From contig JBBPEB010000013.1 in NCBI GenBank assembly GCA_039096225.1, positions 806,001-870,000 of the forward strand: DNA of 64,000 nucleotides. The letters are read 5' to 3'. Made by a program: the position numbers and the translations under genes. The notes below the pieces were generated by a model. That model saw nothing but the letters and a program-made list of their open reading frames with translations, was not told where the DNA came from and did no database searches. This stretch comes from Blastocystis sp. Blastoise. Its lineage: Eukaryota; Protista; Bigyra: Opalinata. Shown in pieces: positions 57,854-64,000 of this stretch (positions are counted from its first letter, which is position 1; the number at the start of each line of letters is the position of its first letter).

Positions 57854-58820
57854 ATTAAATATTGACTGAGAAATTAATGTTATAAAGTATACCCTTTTTC
57901 CAAAAATTAATTTTTTTATGTTTTGCATATATAATTTTTTTTCTCAAAAGTTATTTTATATTTTGATAATATTTTTATAAATATATAAACTATATGTTAT
58001 CTAGTTTATAGATAAGTTTTATTTATTTATTAAAAATTGATATTGATGGAGAAATTGTCAAAATAAACTATAGTATCCAAAATGCTTCCTTCTTTTTAAA
58101 CGACTTATTTCACTAATTAAAGACAATTAAAAACTTATTTATTTATTTAAAGCATATTTATGACATTTGCAACTCATAATGACTCATAACTAACTTTTTA
58201 GAACAAACATTGTCTGTATCAGTTCAACATGTTGTCTTAAAATTTTCAAATAAGTGATATATAGTATCCATGAGTGGTTCTAAACACATATTAAAACGTT
58301 TTAAGAGTTTATTGAGTTAACATTGTCTGGTGATCTGTTGTTAAAGTCTTTTAAAAACAAAATAAAATTATAAAATATGTTTATTTTGGTATGTTGTTAT
58401 TAAATATAAAGTCAAATGTCAAATAAAATTGTTAATGATGAAAAAATTAACAAAAAACAAATAAAGAATTTTTAAGAAAAATTTCGAACGTCATTTTTTA
58501 TTGAGTTCAACTATTGTCTCCTGTGACTTCATTTTTTATATTTTTAAAAAAATGACAAAAACGCATCATGTTTTGGTTGTCTTATATCTAAATATGTTTT
58601 AACTTTATTATTTTATTAAATATTGACTGAGAAATTACAATCACAAAATATACCCTTTTTAGAAAATTTTCATTTTTATGTTTTTAATATAAACTTAGAT
58701 ATTTTAGTCAATATTGAATATTAAATAAAAATATTAAAAATGCATCATTTTTATGTTATCTAGTTTCTAAATATGTTTTTACTTTTTGTATATGTTGAAT
58801 ATTGAAAGAGATCTGGTGGT
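57854..58820. repeat. Degenerate ~200-bp direct repeats in the Helitron 5' non-coding region
   Basis: ATTAAATATTGACTGAGAAATTA at 57854 and 58615; TATACCCTTTTT in both copies; TATGTTATCTAGTTT at ~57993 and ~58752 (offset ~760 bp). Confidence 0.75.
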
Positions 58821-60486
58821 CACAAAATTGGGTGTCAAACACAAAAATTTTTATAAACAAATTTTTCTCTTTTAAAAGATATTATAAAAATATAAAACAT
58901 ATTTATGACGGATACGGAGTTAGATAAATACAAAACAGTTCAATTAAGTTTATTTAAAAGGAATGTGTTGGATATCAGTTTGTCTTTTGTCGTTATTTAA
59001 AGGAATTATTGTTGTTTCAGAGTAGTTAAAGTCATTATCATGACAAATGAAACCAATTTAGAGTTTATAGTTAGTGATGTGTGTATTGATATGTTGTCAA
59101 GTTCTAAATATAAACAAATCTACCCGTCAAAACTATTTATAAGACCAACCCGTCAATAAAAGTCAATTTTATAAAAATAAATATAGAGTATGTTAATAGA
59201 TATAGGAAAAATAAGAAAACAATAAAAAATGAAAATGGAAAAATAAGTGTTTTTCTAAAAATGAAAAATATTGGATAAAATAAAAATAATCCAATAATCT
59301 TGGTTAAAATTTTGTGCGAAAATGGTTTTTTGCGAATTTTAGCCAGAAATTTAGAGTTTTCGAAAAATTTCTTTAACAGTCATTTTTAGAATTGTGTTCC
59401 GGATGTTTTGATGTTATTTTTATTTTATAAAAGTTAATAACAAAGTCAATAATACGAAAAATGTGTGAGACACCGTACTTTTGGGCTGCTAAATTAAGGA
59501 TATTAATTCTACTGATTTCAGTAAATCATCACAAATTTCATTGTTTTTATTCGTTAATTATTAGCTTCAATATATTTATATATACAAATATTTTTAGTCT
59601 TATTCATATCAACTTGAGTTCAGTGACTTTCGATACAAAAATGCTTTGTTTCCTATTGATATATAGAAATTTATTTTTCACTAGATCTTATTAACGTATA
59701 TAAATAAAGCTCACTTAAAGATTTATGCATTTAAATCACAAAAAAAAAGATATATAACTGAAAAAAAGAAAATTATGCAGCCTAAACAGTAGTTGATTGC
59801 TCTAGCAAGTGTGGTTGTATAGATTGCATCTGATATTATAAATATTATACTTGTTGAATATAGAAAAATATAATGAGAGTTAAAATCAATTATTATGTTC
59901 CTGTTATAATATATTATTCGTATATATTACCGCTAGACATTACAATTTATTTATAGCACTTTTATATTCATTATGATACGTTAATTAGATTAATATACAA
60001 CATTTTGAAAAGAATCAGGTCTTTTCTAACCTTTCTAAGTGTTATAAATATATATAAATATGAAATAAAGTTTTTCATGTCATTAGCAATATATATCAAT
60101 TAATACTTATGGTTTTTATCACAAATAGAGTAATCAAGTCACAAATTGTTTAACTAAAAACAGTATAATATTTGAGATATGGCATTTTTTAAATTATATA
60201 GTACCAATAAAAGCTTGTGACAGTCAGTTATACTATTTCTACATTAATTATAAAACAGTTTAAAAAAAGAGTTTTAAAAATGCTATATTTTTTATCAAAT
60301 AAATTCATACTGTATATGCAGACCAGAATAATAATGTGAAATTTAAATAATGATAAAATACAGCAACAAAATATCAACTTTGATCATTTATAATATAATT
60401 TAATCCACCATATAAATTCTATAACTCTTCGAGTTCATTTTATAAACAGTGTATTTAGTTTTATATTCATTAATTAAGAAAAATAA

Positions 60487-60669
60487 ATAGAAAATAATGT
60501 ATTTTTAAATACTATGAAAGAAACGAGTTGTTTTCCCTGATGAGCCGATATATACCGAGCTTGCTCGGTATATTCGGCATTTTTACACGAGTCGAAGGAC
60601 GAGTGTAAAAATAATCAGGGAAAATAACGAGTTTCATTCATAGTATTTCAAAATAATCATTTTTCTGTT
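60487..60669. repeat. T/Y-shaped branched palindrome
   Basis: ~55-bp imperfect stem (60487-60541 with 60614-60669) enclosing hairpin arms 60544-60578 and 60580-60611. Confidence 0.9.
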
Positions 60670-60962
60670 ACTATGAAAGAAAAAAATCAAAAAAACCGCG
60701 ATTATATTTAATTTTTTGTATATAACATTATTTTGCTTCAATACATGATCATATATATACTATTGACCTAATCAAAAACTAGTTTGGTAATTTAGACACA
60801 CAATTAAAAACATGATAATAAATAATAGCCAATTACATTTTCATAATTAAATTTATTTGTTCAATAAACACAGAATCATCATATAATTATATATGATTTT
60901 AAATTTTATGAAAAAGTTATATATAAAAAACATAAATAGGTAAATTTTATTATAATAATCAA

Positions 60963-61088
60963 TATTAATTCTTCCGTTCTTCGAACTGCAGAAGGGGGTA
61001 TGCAAACCCCGCATAGAGTCTGCGCGACGCGCGCAGCCATAAGCGGGGAAGACATCCCCCCTTTTTGTTCTCGACGGAAGAATTAATA
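60963..61088. repeat. GC-rich 126-nt imperfect rod hairpin
   Basis: TATTAATTCTTCCGT/ACGGAAGAATTAATA (15 bp perfect), G-run/C-run, CCCCGC/GCGGGG, CTGCGCG-acg-CGCGCAG. Confidence 0.9.
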
Positions 61089-61687
61089 ACATTTCTGAAG
61101 TAAAATAACCATGGGAGTGTAGGGTAGTGTGTGTGTGTATTTATTTTTTCCCATGTTTATTTATTTTTAATTTATTTGTGTTCCGATTCCAACGTGAAAC
61201 GTAAAGTGATCAAGGAGAAACTCATAGTAATAATAAAAGAAATAAAATACACAGTCCAACCCTCCCCTTTACAGGGAATATTCATAGGAAATGGCTCCAT
61301 CGTTGGTAAAGTGAGTAAAATAATCACGGGAATACAGAAAGAAATACGAAAAGAAGCACAGAATGTGCTAAATAAACACACACCCCGACCCTCCCTTTAT
61401 ATAGAGAAAAGATGAAATGGATGGTTCTATCTAAAAAGAAATAATAAAAATAATCACGGGAATATATAAAAATAAAAATGTATGTATAGTGATCAATAAA
61501 TAATATAAAAAGTCATGATAATCATAAAAAAATTATATAAAAAGAGTAAAGTGATCAAGGTATGTATTTATAGTGGGTGAAAGAAACGCTGGTGGTGGTG
61601 TGGTCTTGTAAAAAGATGTACCCACCACCACGATTATAACGAGAGACTTTTGGAAACATGAGCGACCGATATGGAAAAATATAAATT

Positions 61688-61735
61688 TTCGAGAACATTC
61701 TAGAACATTCTCGAAACTTCTAGAACATTCGAGAA
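61688..61735 (+). promoter_or_regulatory. Heat-shock element array (10 contiguous alternating nTTCn/nGAAn units) upstream of the recombinase
   Basis: TTCgaGAAcaTTCtaGAAcaTTCtcGAAacTTCtaGAAcaTTCgaGAA, ending 88 nt before ATG 61824. Confidence 0.8.
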
Positions 61736-61823
61736 CATGAGAATCTTAGATATTTTATTTTGATTTTCTTATGTATTATTCTTTTGAAAATAGAAGTTTT
61801 AAAGATTCTACTTGAGAAAATCA

Positions 61824-62759
61824 ATGAAAAATACAAATTATGACAAGTATCTTTTGGTTATACAGAATTCAAATTATTCTGATATTTGGAAAAAACGTTT
61901 AACCAATTATTTCAATTTATATATTTTCCCATTACCATTTAAAAAGTTCTCAGAATTCTTAAAGAATCCTTATTCATTCATGGATTATATGGTAAATGAA
62001 CGTAAAATCAAAATTAGTCCAATGAAATCGTTATGTGAATTGATTTTATTTATTATACGTAATGTTTCTTCATTAAATAAAGAAGGTATTTTAAATAAAT
62101 GGTGTGAATTTTATGTGATTATCAATTCAATGTATGAAAAATATCTGGATAATAAGAAACGTACTTTAATTCAAGATCTTATTAAAGATGGTATTACGAC
62201 TCCATATTTACATGAATATCACGATAAATTAGAAAATTATAATCCATTACGATTAATATTAGATTTTTACTCCTATCTTCCTCCTGCTCGTGCTGATTAT
62301 GCTCAATTATTCATTCTATCACCAGAAGATACTATTGATCCAACTATTCATAAGAATTATATTGTTTATGATAAAGAGAAACACACTGGTTCTATTCTAT
62401 TAAATGATTATAAAACTGCTGGTAAATACTCTACAATTCAATTAGATGCACCAAAAGAATTGATTGAAGATCTAGAATTACTCTTAAAAAGAAATCCAAA
62501 TCGTAAATTTATATTTGAATCTTCTGTAAGAACTGGATTTACTACTAAAGCATTTGATTGGTTTGTGAATAAGCATTTAAAACAAATCCATCCAAAATTA
62601 ACCATTAATGCATTAAGAAAATTATATGCTACAACTACAACCAATACATTCCAAGATATAGAAAATTCTGCTTCTGCTTTATGTCATAATGATTATACAC
62701 ATATTAATTCTTATGTATCTTTAGAAAATAATAATTTATTTAAAAAATTAATTGAATAA
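61824..62759 (+). CDS. Tyrosine recombinase/integrase, Polinton-like-virus type (311 aa from first ATG)
   Basis: Catalytic set in order: R (LPPARADY), K (LNDYKTAGKY), NxxR in place of HxxR (TINALRKLYAT), H (ALCHN), Y (THINSYV). Intronless. Confidence 0.85.
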   Translation: MKNTNYDKYLLVIQNSNYSDIWKKRLTNYFNLYIFPLPFKKFSEFLKNPYSFMDYMVNERKIKISPMKSLCELILFIIRNVSSLNKEGILNKWCEFYVIINSMYEKYLDNKKRTLIQDLIKDGITTPYLHEYHDKLENYNPLRLILDFYSYLPPARADYAQLFILSPEDTIDPTIHKNYIVYDKEKHTGSILLNDYKTAGKYSTIQLDAPKELIEDLELLLKRNPNRKFIFESSVRTGFTTKAFDWFVNKHLKQIHPKLTINALRKLYATTTTNTFQDIENSASALCHNDYTHINSYVSLENNNLFKKLIE

Positions 62760-62832
62760 TTTTATGTTTTCATGTTTGTTTTGCTTTAATTTTGAATATA
62801 ACTAAACAACTAGTAATAAAAGGATATAAAAA

Positions 62833-63207
62833 TTAATTAAAAGGTAAGAAAGATAGATTATTATTATTATTTTGATATTGATTTTGTTGTTGATTACTTT
62901 TCATAGTTGGCATAAACATATTATTGGGTTGAATAAGATTCTTATCATCTTGATATTGATTCTCATTCTTCATATATTGTTTATCCAATAGCATTTCAAG
63001 ACGTTGATGAATCACAGGATCATCTATATAAAGTAGCATATTTCTACAATAACTCAATTGCAAATCACTAAGATTTTTGTTGTTATTGTTATTTAAAAAT
63101 TGTTCTAATAGATTTGCTATTTCATTCTTTTTGGACTTAATTCCTTCTTCTTTTAGATTCTTCATCACACGACAAAAATAAGAATAACTAAGATATTTCT
63201 TGTTCAT
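62833..63207 (-). CDS. Hypothetical viral protein, 124 aa
   Basis: Intronless ORF with helical N-terminus and N/Q-rich tail, convergent with the recombinase and preceded by a conserved promoter module. Confidence 0.6.
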   Translation of the reverse strand: MNKKYLSYSYFCRVMKNLKEEGIKSKKNEIANLLEQFLNNNNNKNLSDLQLSYCRNMLLYIDDPVIHQRLEMLLDKQYMKNENQYQDDKNLIQPNNMFMPTMKSNQQQNQYQNNNNNLSFLPFN

Positions 63208-63227
63208 TATTTAAATTAACCAATGAT

Positions 63228-63325
63228 TAAACAAAACAAATTAATTATATAAAACACTAATATAATAAATTAAAGATTCTACAAATAGAGCCAGTTCAAA
63301 ATGAATGTTCTAGAATGTTCTAGAA
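63228..63325 (-). promoter_or_regulatory. Intergenic module copy A: 5-unit HSE (63303-63325) plus 54-bp repeat (63228-63281)
   Basis: GAAtgTTCtaGAAtgTTCtaGAA; the 54-bp block is 52/54 identical to 63481-63534. Confidence 0.7.
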
Positions 63326-63465
63326 CGTTTCTTGGACATATAAAAGTAAAGTAAAATATATATAATAATAAGAACAATTTCAATAACTGACAATATTTCA
63401 TTTACATTCTCTAAAGTTTCTGCACTACGATCTAAGTAGTAATTGCCAAATCGTTTCTTTGTCAT
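63310..63465 (-). CDS. Small single-TM viral protein, 51 aa
   Basis: MTKKRFGNYYLDRS...ILSVIEIVLIIIYILLYFYM-SKKRSRTF: hydrophobic helix followed by a basic tail, sitting between the two repeated modules. Confidence 0.5.
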   Translation of the reverse strand: MTKKRFGNYYLDRSAETLENVNEILSVIEIVLIIIYILLYFYMSKKRSRTF

Positions 63466-63480
63466 TATAGTATTAAATAA

Positions 63481-63547
63481 TAAACAAAACAAATTAATTA
63501 TATAAAATATTAATATAATAAATTAAAGATTCTAGAATATTCTAGAA
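63481..63547 (-). promoter_or_regulatory. Intergenic module copy B: 4-unit HSE (63530-63547) plus 54-bp repeat (63481-63534)
   Basis: TTCtaGAAtaTTCtaGAA abutting the repeat block. Confidence 0.7.
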
Positions 63548-63551
63548 TGTT

Positions 63552-64000
63552 TTAACAAGGCATAAGATTTCCATTAGAAAGTAAATAAAGTAAAGAATAA
63601 TAAAAGCAACCATTTGCATTACTTGTAGTTTTTTGGTGTTGAATAGGATTATATTGAATATTATGATTTTGAATAAATGATTTTGAAAAAGTAGGTTCAT
63701 TTCCTAATGATGAATAGTGTTCTATGTTTTTATTACCATTATAAATAACAGCTTCAAAATGACCATTATAAGGATCACTAGGACTTTCATGAAAGATCAT
63801 ATTAAATTTAGTTTGATCTTGATCTATATTTTGTTCAAAATCATCATAACTATTATAATAATTATAAGATTGAGAATTCGTTTTATTTAATTGTTTCATA
63901 ACATTTTCAGCACGATCACAAGCAACAGAAGAGGTAGGTTTATTTAAATAAGCATAATTATATAATTGAGATATTAAAGAATTGGGTATATTACAATATT
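63552..64000 (-). CDS. Adenain/Ulp1-like cysteine protease (Polinton PRO-type), 5'-truncated by window edge
   Basis: NGHFEAV...IEHYSSLG...QYNPIQHQ...ANGCFYYSLLYL resembles the GHW-x-A...E-x-FDSxG...Q...CGxY pattern. The frame stays open from 63899 to the window end. Confidence 0.6.
   Translation of the reverse strand, partial: YCNIPNSLISQLYNYAYLNKPTSSVACDRAENVMKQLNKTNSQSYNYYNSYDDFEQNIDQDQTKFNMIFHESPSDPYNGHFEAVIYNGNKNIEHYSSLGNEPTFSKSFIQNHNIQYNPIQHQKTTSNANGCFYYSLLYLLSNGNLMPC

Larger units (their letters stand above)
60487..64000. mobile_element. Edge of an endogenous Polinton-like virus / MELD-type element (continues beyond the window)
   Basis: Intronless, tightly packed ORFs including a PLV/virophage-type tyrosine recombinase and an adenain-like protease, preceded by ~1.2 kb of hairpins and short repeats. 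No capsid, ATPase or polymerase gene is visible in the window; left boundary not defined. Confidence 0.7.

Noticed and set aside
60537-60580. Hammerhead ribozyme (CTGATGA followed by a stem)
   Set aside because: The stem is followed by ATTTT rather than the required GAAA, and CTGAT is paired within the long outer stem.
60510-60682. 14-bp direct repeat as target-site duplication of a foldback insertion
   Set aside because: The palindromic stem includes and extends beyond the left copy, and a third inverted copy lies inside.
60853-61415. ORFs 60853-61092, 61131-61415 and 61172-61381
   Set aside because: They overlap hairpins and repeats, mostly overlap each other on opposite strands, and show no recognisable motifs.
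63228-63534. CRISPR-like repeat-spacer array
   Set aside because: Only two 54-bp copies separated by a gene; no cas genes; eukaryotic locus.

Overview
Very AT-rich eukaryotic nuclear DNA with many short GT-AG introns, often swollen by TA/TAA/AAAT microsatellites. The gene set suggests an anaerobic gut stramenopile of the Blastocystis/Opalinata type (inference from the intron-bearing class II RNR, FUT8-like glycosyltransferase, short introns and TGTTTGTT-like 3' motifs). The middle (~6.5-45.6 kb) holds host genes: DCAF13/Sof1, ACSBG-type acyl-CoA ligase, tRNA-Leu(TAA), a PX-domain protein, Rab6, class II B12-dependent RNR, a DUF229-like protein, ELMOD, ATG8, a degenerate kinesin, a GT23-like protein and a CH-domain/SAH protein. 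Two near-identical, convergently oriented autonomous Helitrons bracket this block. The right copy encodes a predicted 2528-aa RepHel from 24 exons whose 23 introns are all phase 1. The last ~3.5 kb is the edge of a Polinton-like endogenous virus (tyrosine recombinase, adenain-type protease) with branched ssDNA-type hairpins. Each of its three genes whose upstream region lies in the window is preceded by a perfect heat-shock-element (nGAAn) array, including 10 units before the recombinase, which is a candidate stress-inducible excision switch. At 5.15-5.87 kb is a seven-exon locus with no sensible ORF whose spliced product folds into nested helices, a candidate intron-containing structured ncRNA. 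All calls are by eye; no database searches were run.
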